From contig OZ281496.1 in assembly GCA_965637545.1 (NCBI GenBank), forward strand, positions 18,476,001 through 18,540,000: a DNA stretch of 64,000 nucleotides. The letters are read 5' to 3'. The stretch is from Phallusia mammillata. Its lineage: Eukaryota. Both the position numbers and the translations under genes were made by a program. The notes under the pieces were generated by a model that made no database searches, was not told the DNA's origin, and worked only from the letters and a program-made list of their open reading frames with translations. Shown piece by piece: positions 37,271 through 49,207 of this stretch. Every line of letters begins with the position of its first letter. The first letter of the stretch is position 1.

Positions 37271-38866
37271 TGGTTGTATTCGGCGTTGGCGCTTTGTAGT
37301 TTACTGCTGTGCAAAACACTTTACGGTCTGCTGGCGACCAAACCCAGCGTGAACAAGCCTTGTCACGCAAGCAAAATTTCCCCTTACATACGTTATCTAT
37401 TTGTTATGTCAAAGATAGATACCAGAAATGGAGGGAATTTGTTTTTACTCAAATAACTACGTATTGTTTTCCATATACTTTCTACCTTAGAAAAGTTTGA
37501 CCAACCATTAAATCCCCAGGAAAACTATACCACTTGGAAAAACGCATCTTATTGAAAACTAAATAATAAGAAAAGCAACGACATCGTTTGGAAACTGTAA
37601 TAAGTTAGGTAATGTTCCACTTTATAGCTTAGAAACATATGAGCTCGGCTAATATGCTTTCAGGGACGCCAAACTTGGTAATTAAAAAAGGAGTACAAAA
37701 CAACCTTTCTATCAACATATATCAACTCATGAGGTAGTGTGACGATTTTCGCAAACTTATAGCGGATTTTGACACGATCACGTAAAACATCGTTTTAATT
37801 TGTATGGGTGAATCAAGGGGCACCAAGGTACTAATAATAATTTATTTTCTGGAATAGTTTGCGACAATATGCTTGACTTCAGTAAAAATGCACACATTTT
37901 CGTATCATTATGCGTTATGCTGTCTTACAGTTCTCTGTGTTGGGGGTATCAAAATCCAATTTAGGTAACTAATAGAAAATAGTATAGGGAAATTTACCGA
38001 TCCTAAAATTTAAACTGTCTTGTTTGTTGCTGATTACTTATTTGTTATCAATTTTTGATATTTTCGTCGTGCTGTACTTTGAATTTAGCTACAGAAATCA
38101 TCTACAGTACACGCCAGATTCTTCACAGAACGCCAGGTCTTCTGAAGGCGTTGAAGTGAATCTGTCGGTCTCACAAGCATTACCATATGGCAAGGCACAG
38201 GCCAGAAAAATCCTTTATTTATAGGACTGGCGTACTATGATTTATCGAGTACTGTATGCTGTGAACGCTGGTCTGCATCGACGCTTCAGGGCTGATCCCA
38301 GTATGAATATATTCATCTCACCAGATTCTTCGATGTGAATAAATTAAATCCAACGATCTTCGAAAGCATATTACCCAAAACTGGATAACATGACCTTTAT
38401 TTACTACCTTCAGATTTTACCTTGGCAAAATGGATAGTATTATCGCCCTGATACGACATAATTGTGTGATTGATTTTTTTCAGGGCGATGTTTACTTGCT
38501 CTTTCTACTACATCATATTTGAAAAGAAACAAACATTTTGTCAGATTTGTTTACACTTTTGTCAATAATCTGTATGTTTGCGTCCTTTTTCTGTTACATC
38601 ATATTTTCTTCCGCAGAAAAGAGACAAAACATTTTGTCACATAAATCTGATTTTTTGAAAAATATCTAAACTACGTTTTGCAGGAAAGTGCTGATACAAT
38701 TTTATCATTTGATTTGTTTGGAGCCGCTTTATTTTTACGGTCTTTTTCCAGATATTAGGGTCACTCTTACAATATTATTTTTTATCGAAAACAAAAACAA
38801 TTTGCCGTGAGGTGTAAAATTATTTGGAACACAGCTGAAACAAAAAATTGACCCATCAAGCCTAGT

Positions 38867-41800
38867 ATGACCCTACAACCGAGTAATGCCGAATCCCAAT
38901 TAAACCCAACCGAAACGCCGAATGACGTTGTTTCCCAACCATGTCCAGCCCATGACTTGAGGGAAGTAGTACCTCAGGCAAATTCGAATCAACACTTGGC
39001 GGGTGTGGATGACAAAAATTTGGTTTTCAATCTGGTAAGACTGTTATTGTGAAAAAATATCTTTATTCTAATAACTGATTTATCTGTAGGAAAGCGAACA
39101 AGCACCTCAAATAGGAGACACAAACATTCACACAACTGGACCAGTTTACAACGCTCCAGTTTATCAGAAATACATTACACAGCATGTAACAGTACATCAA
39201 ACATACGAATCACCTCACTGCTTAGCTCAGTTGAGCTCTTCACATGCCAACGATGAACAAACTTCACCTAAACTCATTGCTGCACCTACTTTATCCGCAC
39301 AGAGGGAGGACTTTGTTGATGATCAGGCAATTCAGCACCAAACACAACCAAAGATTGTCGAAACCAGCCGTCGTACGTCTGACACGCAAAGGTGTTTTTT
39401 CTATTGGTTACCTTTACATAGTTTGCTCGTAATAGGGATGGGTTGCTAGTTATAGGGATGGGTTGCTACTTGCTAGTTACTACATATCGGCTTCTTACTT
39501 GAAAGGGACACATCTTCATTACCCTGTGTTTTTCGTTTTCATAATACATGTGGCATTTGTTTCGTTTGACTTCATGGCTTCAGCGGCTATCCCTTTAACC
39601 CCTAGCGCGTTTTATATGCTGCTTGCCATCACAAAAGCAAGGTTCCTGTCGTGTAGTTTTACAAAGGCAACCTAACATACGTACTTGGTTAGTGATCTAA
39701 CTGCATTAAATGATGACAACTTTTGCAGTTGGCGGGTGGTTAACAACCGTATGACGTTACGGGTAGTTAACAACCTTATGATGTCAGCAGCATTGCCCAA
39801 AAAACTCCCAAGTAATCAAAATAATAAACAGTGGCCAATGTGAATAAATTTTGCAGAACTGTAGTTTGGTATTTCATTATTTTAGGAGTAGAATACCCTC
39901 ACGTACCCAATCAGAACCCTAAAATGGGTAAATAATTTGCAAAAAACGACAGTTTTTTAATTGTCAGTTATTGCGTTTCTTTCTGTACAAACCCGGTTAG
40001 ACCCCAAAATGGATCGTGTAATGATTTTAAAGCAATGTTGGAGTTGAATGAAAATCGGTCAAGTTTCAAATATGTCATTTTAATGTGTCGAATGTTGTGT
40101 TGTCGTGTGGAGCCTTACCCGACAAACATCTGAAATGGTTGAAATTTTTAAACTAGGTCAGCAGTGGTATGTTAGGTGTTGGTTGTTATCTTTCTTCTTG
40201 CAGTCTCTTTAAACACCCCACTAGGCAGCAAAATGTTTTCTTTTTTAACAATGTTCGAATTTAATGAAATCTGGACAGTTTATAGAATATGCTATTTTAA
40301 GGTGATTATTTTTTGTGGTTCACCCTATAGTCCCACTTTTTACTTTATCCGTCCTTTAGAATCTATCAAACTTCAAACAGAATATTAAATGTTGTGTTAA
40401 AAGGAATAAAACGTTTATAATAGATAATAATACATATGTAGTGGCTATATTTTCTATGCCACCATTTTTGACACTATTTTTTTCCATACAGAGACAAGAA
40501 TAAGGGCCACCAGTCTTCGTTGTCATTGATGTCTTTGCTCAAACAAAGAACGCGGGAGATTGCCAGTGAAGAATCGTCGTTAGCAGATTTTGCAGAGCGA
40601 CCAATAATTCCTGTCGAACTTTCCAAAGTCAGCAAACCACAGCAAATTGATGATGAATTTCAAGGAGCCGGACACTATCGCAAAAGAGAGGAACTTGTAA
40701 AAGCTTACGAAAGACCAGAAAGTGACATCACATGTGAAGAAATGTTTACTCGTGCAAAAGAGAAGGCGCAACAAGAAGCAGAACATAAGTTTACAGCGGT
40801 TGAAGTGAATGCGAGGCAAGATTACATACAGAAGCATGGAAATGTGGTTGGTGTGGTTGGGCAAGCGGGCATAGGAAAAACCACCACAGCCAAAAAGTGG
40901 GCCAAGCAAGGATTAGGTGGGCATTTGTTCGGAGAGACTTCTTTTTTCTTCTACATTGTAATCAGGCGCATCGATTTTACAACTGAGATGACGCTTCTTC
41001 AGTTTCTTCTCTTCACCATGTCGATTGAAAACGACTATTCATTGAAGCAAGAAAAAAGTATCCATAATGAAATTTGCAGTGATCCGAATGTTGTGCTTAT
41101 TTTTGACGGATTGGACGAGGCAGCTTTTAAATCTTTTTCAACGGAAGTTCCCAAACCTTTATTATATTCGAAGTCCAAAGCGGAAAACTATCTTAAGCAT
41201 TTAGCTGGTGGAAACTTGCTGCCACGTGCTCGAAAGATTTTTACCTCACGACCAGCTCCCCTCTACAAGCTTCACCCTTCATACCGACCTAGGTTTATTG
41301 TTCAAATTCTCGGATTGAATCAAACAGCTCAAGATGAACTCGGACACCAGATATGTGGAAATAAATACGAGCCTATACGAAAAAAGTTGGTACAAAATCG
41401 CAATGTATTTGCATACTGCTATGTTCCTGTCAATTACATATTGACCCTTAATTACCTGATGAACTATGATGGAGATATTCAGTTTGTTTCACTCACACGA
41501 GTCCTTGCTTTTACTTGTCTTCAATATCTGATGACAAATCATGTCAAAGACCAAGGTGAGCTGGACAAATTATCGAAATTGGCCTGGAATGGATTTCAAG
41601 AAATGGAGATCATATTTAAAGTGAGGGCTTTCAAGAAAGCAGGTATCAGTGCATCCACTGCCAGTTCATTTACGAACACGTCAGTCACAAAGCACGGAAA
41701 TCTTAAGCTGACTATACTGGACGGGCATAAAGTGCGATATTTCTCTCACCTCATCTGGCAAGAGTTTTTTGCGGCGTTCTACCTGATGCTAATCATGCCT

Positions 41801-43659
41801 CTTGACGAGTTTGAGCTAGTCCACAAACAACTTGATGACGACAGATGGGAAGTTGTTTCCAAGTTTGTTTTCGGAATCGCGGATCCTTTAGTTTTCCAGC
41901 AACTCGAGCCGCTTATTCTTGCGAGTTCCATTGACGATTGGAAACAAAAGAAAACTTGTCTTTCAAAATTTCTTAAGTCCAAGAAAAAACTCAACAACCA
42001 GGAAATCATGCGTGTTTGCAACTGGGCTCATGAAACAAACGACCCGGAAATTGTTTCATGTGTGGCCTCTCTACTCCCCAAAAAGCTCAGACTTCGCAAT
42101 TCATCTTTGATTCTTGTTGACATCGAAAATCTTACATTCGTGATTCAACACAGAGCGACACCGGTATGTAATTTACACATTTATAGTTACTGATAGAAAT
42201 AGTTTTAGGTAAGTTGGTTTAACAGCCAATTTGCACCTATGTTTTTTTCACTCGCAACAATTAAGCTTAAAAAGGTCCATATCATTTAGATTTGTTTGTG
42301 GGAAAGATCTTGCAAACCCAAAAAGTTAATACGCGTTTGTCGACTGTCAATTTAAATAAAGTCACCACATCCGACCTTAATTTAATAGATGTGACGTTGT
42401 TTTATTCCCGGATCTGTCTGTAGTTTCAATCACAAAAATATTTACCCTTAGTGATATGTAATGATTTATTTGTTGCATTTAAACCAGCTGCAACAACTTG
42501 ACCTATCCGGCAACAAGATCGGCAATACTGGCACATCTTTACTGGCTCGATGTGTCTATAATATTGAAGAGCTGTTGCTGTGCAAGTGTGAGATCAGAAG
42601 TGAGGGCACCGACATCCTCTGCGATGGAGTAAAAAAGCTTACAAAACCGGTAAAAAACTTAGTTTGCGTTTTGTCAAAACGCACTTGTTAACATAATGGA
42701 TCCATGTATTTAAAGTGATATAAGGTATAGTGTGTTTACGTTGTGAAAATATAAGCATAAAGTAAGGATAAAAAACGCGTTGACAACCTGTGTATGTCTG
42801 CGTAAAACAAATGTTATCATTTATTTCTTTAAAATCAGCTCAAATGTCTGGATCTCTCCCAAAACAAGATCGGCAACTCTGGCGCAGCATCCTTGGCTCA
42901 TTGCGTAAGACATATTAGGGAGCTTTTTCTGCAGGATTGTGGATTTGGAAGTGAAGGCGTAGAAAAGCTCTGCACTGGAGTAGAAAGTCTAACCACGCCG
43001 GTATATACTTTGAAGTAAAATGTCAACATAACCGCTTAGGATATTTTTGCTTTTCAATGGATTGATTGCCTTTGGTACATGTTGGATGAAGAATACATAC
43101 ACCGGTAAAACTGTTATAACTGCGCAGAGCCAACTAATAGATCAAGAAATAATCTCTTGTTGGATTTTTTTTTTGTGAAAATATTTCTTATTAAATAGTT
43201 TAATTCTACTGTTTTTACTATATCACATAACATGGAAAACATTTTGCTCTATTAAAAAAATACTTCGGTAACGAATACTCTTCAGCGTCACAGTCAAGCG
43301 ACATTTACTTATAATGCAGTAAAGAAATGGACAGACAACGCGACGTAAAGTTTGCGGTTTTTAGTTTCGTGGAAAATCACAGTTCTGCATACCAATTTCG
43401 CATTATTTCCAGACCAGCACTTTTTGTGTTTCTCTCCACTTCATCTTTAAACCTTTCATGATCTTCATCTTTAAACCTTTCATGATTTTTTCAGATGGAA
43501 TTCCTTTATCTTACTGGATATTGGTTGTCAGATGAAACTGCCAAGTCACTGGCAAGATGTGTCCACAACATCAATTTGTTGAAAGTAGGATCCCATAACT
43601 TTACCGCAGTGGGTAGGAATCTCATCACATCGAAGTCGCGGGGAAAGGTTCAGCTCTAA
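38867..43659 (+). CDS. NACHT-LRR (NLR family) protein, 876 aa
   Basis: Exons 38867-39034, 39090-39391, 40492-42163, 42488-42649, 42839-43000, 43495-43659 total 2631 nt in phase. Walker A GQAGIGKTT, Walker B VLIFDGLDE, sensor FTSRP, WHD FSHLIWQEFFAA; RI-like LRRs LDLSGNKIGNTG and LDLSQNKIGNSG. An in-frame TGA lies 15 nt upstream of the ATG; further upstream coding exons cannot be excluded. Confidence 0.87.
40492..42163 (+). CDS. Large NACHT-domain exon of the NLR gene
   Basis: 1672-nt open exon (ORF track 40520-42193), acceptor ccatacag, donor CCG|gtatgt; carries all NACHT and WHD motifs. Confidence 0.93.
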
Positions 43660-45673
43660 ATCCAACAATTTAAACTAGACGTTGTTGTGGTCTCAACAAC
43701 CAGAGTGTACATCACTGACACAACTCATCACTTATGATGGCACTAATCGTTGCTTGAACGTCCGATGAGAACATGTCACTATTTTCCACCCTCTTGCTCC
43801 TTACCAATATCGTCTCTTTTTTTCGTTGTTGTCTAAGCCAGACGTTGGAAACCATAGGTTCGTAATTGTAAAAATCTTGGCGTAATTGTAAAACTTGTTT
43901 ATTGTGGTAGTGGTTCACTCGGTGCGTTGGTTGCCGCTGCATCTTGAGTAAAGCTTTTGAATAATCTATTTTACGCTTTTATTAGCAGGTTTTTACGCAA
44001 ACTGTTTTCATTTACTTTTTACTAATCTTTTTGGGTGTTCGTAGATACTGACGATGCTGTAGTGTTTCCAGCTTTAAGTTTCAATCTTGGGCGATTGTCA
44101 AAATCAATACCTCCTTTTTTGTGTGTGTTTTTGCCCTTATTCTTGTACTGTTTGGGTCATAATGTCATATTAAAGATCCCTTGCACAAGCACGTCGCTAC
44201 CGTCCCAAAGTTCGAAGTCTATGCTGGTATTTCTTAAAGAAGAATAAACAACAAAGCACTTACTACGTTTATAATGTTTCAGACTGCCTCTTAACAAAAA
44301 TGGATGTTTTTGCACAGATTGTGCTAATAGCGATTTACAAGAAACGTACGACACTGACCACACTAAACAAGAAACTAAGCTAGCTAAACTTACAATAAAA
44401 AGTTGCAAAACTATGATACTAATCTGTATAAAAAAATCAAAACAACAATTATATTCGGAACTTTCTAATTTTAGTGTAGAGGCAGATGGATTGTTTTTTG
44501 TTTATAACCAGCGTCTCAATTTATTGTGCGCTTATAATCGTCACACACATGTAAATTCTTGGGAAGTTTTGATGCGTGCAAATAAACAATTGTACATAAT
44601 CTTCAAACAATAATTAACTTAAATTTCAAACAAAAATTAACATTTAAAAAATGCCAACTTGCCCCAAAATTTTCTTAATAATAAACAAAATTTTCTCTTC
44701 TCGCAATCTTAATGAATTGCTTTCGCTCAAAACTATTAGCTGTTATTCCCATGTAAACCTTTATTTTTTAAAGGGTTTCTTTAATATAGCCTAGGGTTAC
44801 GAAAACTTATAAAATTAAAATTTCGCTTAGGAAATAATACTGTTGGTTTGGTTTCCATTCCGCTTCATAATTTGTCAATCACTGACACATCATACATTTC
44901 AAAACAATGAAAATAAGCATACATCTTTAATAACCTGACAATAGGCAGGCGGTTGCCACTTATCGACCATACAACAAAAAAGGTTATGACTTAGGTAACA
45001 GTACTACAAAAATAAAAACAGAAAACGGTTAAAATATAGCACAAACAAGCTTGACATTTTGACTCCACCAAATCATGCGTTGGATTGTGTTACCCACGTT
45101 GGAGTAAACACACTGAGCATGTGTATATACATTGTTGCAGAAAACTTGAAATACACCGCCTGATGTAATAGTAGCATAAATTTAATTTAAGCTTACTTGC
45201 ATAGTCCAACTGAAACGTGCTTTGAGTGATGGCCATTGAGCACGCCATGTAGGTGAACGGATCATTAAGTGGACTTAACTCCAACGAAAACATACTTTTT
45301 CCAAATGTTTTTGAAGTTTCAAAATGAAATTTGCCAATGAAACCCGGTTGCCATCTTTGTGTTCTGTGTCTGGTTAATTTTGCACATGGAGAGGTAAAAA
45401 TAGTTAGCTAGCACTGCTAAATCCCAAAACGAATCTTTCTAACAGATATCCAAAACAGCGTATAACTTATAATGTACATTTTCAAGAAAACAAAAAAGGG
45501 AACACATTACACAATGAGACATCAATGTGACTCCATAGTTTAAGAAAATCACCAAGTTAAGAAAATTCACCAAAGGAGTGTGTTTATTGACGACTTGCAA
45601 TTTTACCATTCTTCCTACTAAACGGCATGATCAGACGTAAACAGAAGAATGTGCACAATACGACAATCAAGGT

Positions 45674-48537
45674 TTATGTCTGATCGTGTTCGTGTAGCAC
45701 GTGATCACAGGGATGTGAACAAAAATTATCTTTAAGAAATTGCCAAGCGTCAGCTCCGAAATTTCCTGAGACGTGGTCGTAGTAGAAAACAAAGTCCTCC
45801 TTTTCTGCAATTTGTATAAACTGCTTCCTCTCCCAGTTGCTTATTTCTTTCCCCATGTATAAGACCATTACCTAGAAGAATGCTGATGTATGTAAGTTAT
45901 ACCTATTGAAGAAACATAATATTTAATTATTTTTTTAAAAACTTGCCTTGCAAGTGACTTGCATAATAAATGTTTGCACCAAAACAATACAACGTTTTTT
46001 GTATTTTAAATTGAGTCTACTTGCATCAACTAAATGGAAATTATTTACGTGATTGTGAGTAGATCAAGGCAATTTCAAACTTAAGGAGGAGCAGGGCAAA
46101 CGTTACGTTAATCAAGATTACAAAATCTGTCCACACACTGTTTTACACATTAAACTTTGATTCAAATTAGTAAACAAATATGTGCGATCGAAGACCACAG
46201 AATCTTAAAAATCCCACTTTTAATTGCTATATGGCAAGCTGACTCGCCTTGTGGCACGTAAGACTGAAAATTTACCCCGTAACCAAGCCGTCGTGCCTCA
46301 TTAGCCGGTCCAACAGCATCATCATCCGATGCAGAAGCAGTAAAAATCGCCAAAATCTTTTTCACTTTAGCTCTCATTCCAGCCTCGGGCTTCAAAAGAT
46401 GGTCAAGTGCATATTTGATGGCTGCACCGATGTTTACGGTTCCTAGGTAGTACAATATTTGGAAGTCATTTTTTGTTAATGTTGTATTGCACTATACATT
46501 TTGTACCTACCTTTTTCTTTTATAACCGCTCTTTGTCGCAAAAGCGCAAGAAATCGACTTTCATTTGCTCCGTATTCGTTAAATTTTACCACGCTTGAGT
46601 CGATCGGTTTCTCATCAAAAAAGACAAATGAACCTTTTACTGCATCCTCTGCTAAAACTTCAGCGCTAGGAACAATTACAAATAATATTAAAACCGCGAC
46701 GAAGTATGGACCAACTATATGATACTACAAAGCAGTAAGAACTTTCAAAACTTATCACAAGATTCCGATCTACATTCCCGATCTTAACGCAAATATACTT
46801 TTACTCGTCCGAAAGCAGTTCACTGATAAAAGTGATTCGAAAAATAGGCTTGTGAAAAGATCTAAATTAAGACCGTTCAGCTGTATTAGTTAACATGCAG
46901 TACAATTGCTCACTGGTGTAAATGAAATAAGAACAGATGCAAATCTAGCAAGTTTCAAACACTAGGTTGCCGCTTATTAAATAAAAAACGACGGCGAAAT
47001 TATTATTTTGATTTTATTTTATTCCACGAGATTTCACATCCGTTTTCGTTATCATTTGTGGTAATGCGTGCTTTGAACATCTGGTACATAAAGAACAATA
47101 CGTAAATCGCATTGCAATTGGTAATAGTTTACCGTAAAGCTTTTATAAATTTCTGTTTTTTTTAGTTTAATTTGGGTGGGCTACTTACCTTAATAATCCT
47201 TGGAAAACAGACACAATTCTTTTGAGACCACCTGGTATTGAAACGTCAATTAGGTCGACGAAATCGTACACCATATACGGAGGACAGTTTCCTGTTTATC
47301 ACATAAAGTTACTAAATTTTTACCATTCGAATATATACAAGATGATTTTCAAATATTTACTTCCACAACATGGTGTCTCATACATCCATGTTCCATTTTT
47401 CCTGCAAACGTTTTTTTCATGACCAACTGGATGAACGAAATAATCCACATCTGAACACTGATACTGACAAACCGAACCTGGTTTGTTGTCGTTAAAACAA
47501 GTGACTTCTCCGTGGGGAAACAATGAAGGTTGCATTGAACACGCATTATCTACATTGTTTAACATCCGTTATAAAAATTTCTTATTGCAATAATACCCTA
47601 GATCCGAAGTTTGACCTGCGAAATTTTCTTCCGTGCTTGCTGGTTGTATTTATTCTCATTTCTTACAATTTAGTTAATCTGTGCCTAAAGTTTAATTCAA
47701 AAAGTAATAAAATACTATACAACGGTTGGACAATAGATGGGTGACAATTCGGAACAGCGATGTTACACATATCTGTCACAACAACAAGTACAGAACGAAT
47801 TGATTTGATCCGAATTGCATTGTGTTGATCTGCCAGATAACCTTGTGTTCTGAAACCAGTCGTTTATCAAATTGGTGTCAAAGTATTTTGTGTATCGGGT
47901 TAGGTTTTACCTGTAACTGATTTTCTCTGCAAGCATTGTTTTCTTTGCACTGTTTGAAAATCAGCTGATGATCTTTATAGATGCGCCTTACAACGGTTTC
48001 GCAAAAGTCCTGAATGAAATATGAAATTAATTAGGCATAACAAAAAGAAAAATAGTATTTTTTAACAATCAAATATATGAACGATTGTTCGAACGACATA
48101 ATGTAAAATGTGTGTCCCACTTGGTTTGGCATGCATTCTTTAATTCGTCCGTTCACATCGCAGTCTTCAAAACTTGTCGATCCCTGACACGTCATACATT
48201 TCAATGCTTCAAAAGGTAATGAAAGAGTTTGACAAAAAAGAATAGTAAAATTTAAAACACCAAAGAAACTATGGCAAGATCGATATGAGGGATCATTATA
48301 TCGGGCCTTCCATGCTTTACTTGCATCTGCAGTGCGTTAAGAACATAACTAGCATCGTAACACTATATTCAAAACGTTAAAAACTTATTATTTGAAAAAA
48401 TAACTTCCTAACTATTTAAATTCATATACATATATATGTACTCTTATGTTAAGTTATCGTTTCAATAGTTGCTTACCTGAAACTTGGGCAAAATTTAAAC
48501 AGATTATTGCAACACAAACTGAGCTAAAAACTGACAT
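45674..48537 (-). CDS. Secreted Ly6/uPAR-like (three-finger) - Sushi - VWA protein; possibly a pseudogene
   Basis: Minus-strand exons: 48537-48477 (signal peptide MSVFSSVCVAIICLNFAQVS); 48206-48121, 48009-47911 and 47849-~47720 (LKCMTCQG...CCCD(x)DMCN); 47549-47361 (Sushi with four Cys and W); 47291-~47230, ~46725-46511, 46442-46276 and 45871-45674 (VWA). Apparent frameshifts near 47775 and ~46695. Confidence 0.72.
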
Positions 48538-48942
48538 TTTCACACACTGTCAGGTTTGAATAGTGATCGAGCAAAACGTCTTGAAATGAAACATGCCCGA
48601 AGGGCACATGTATGCCGCATATGCTTCACCATGCGATTAGTGATTAACGTGCAAATTGCGCCACAAACTGATAACAACTACAAGTAAAAAGAAGACGTGT
48701 AAATATGCCCACAAACGATAGTCAGATTTTATCAATTGTTTCTGAATGTACGTTTTATGTGTTTCGTGGATGCATGGTTTTGAACAAATGGTTCTGTGTG
48801 ATATGTAAAGAAATGTATGTCTTGGTAGCTTAGATGCAAATACAAGACAGCTCAACTTGCCGTGTTTTCAGTGCAAAGCCAAGAATTAACACACGTTTGT
48901 ATCATATATTGGTTACCTTCATATTATGCACTCCATTTTTAT

Positions 48943-49030
48943 AGCTTTGAAATGTATGACCTATCCGGGGGTCGACAAGCTGTGAAGACTGCGATGTGAA
49001 CGGACAGGGTGTAATGCCAACCGGTCACAT
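48943..49030 (+). pseudogene. Isolated inverted, frameshifted copy of exon 2 of the Ly6-Sushi-VWA gene
   Basis: After ttttatag: CTTTGAAATGTATGACC...GTCGACAAGCTGTGAAGACTGCGATGTGAACGGAC matches the reverse complement of 48121-48206, with a +1 frameshift. Confidence 0.7.
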
Positions 49031-49207
49031 TAACATTTGTGTATATCACGGTATGCCTGGCTGTGATATGCGTTCAGCATAATATCAATATTGGCGGCTC
49101 TAAGGTTCTGGTGTAAAAGGACTTGAAAAGATGACCAACAGCGTTTAAACCTTATCCCCTAAATATAACGGTGTAATGCACATAGTGTTGAAAGTAAGCC
49201 GGAACAG

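Noticed and set aside
38024-38400. GC-richer stretch before the NLR that might encode a death-fold exon
   Set aside because: Every frame checked has stops and none resembles CARD, DD or DED.
48147-49005. Apparent ~40-bp TIR pair defining an 860-bp transposon
   Set aside because: The left arm is coding exon 2 of the Ly6-Sushi-VWA gene with correct splice phases, and there is no TSD; it is better read as an inverted exon copy.
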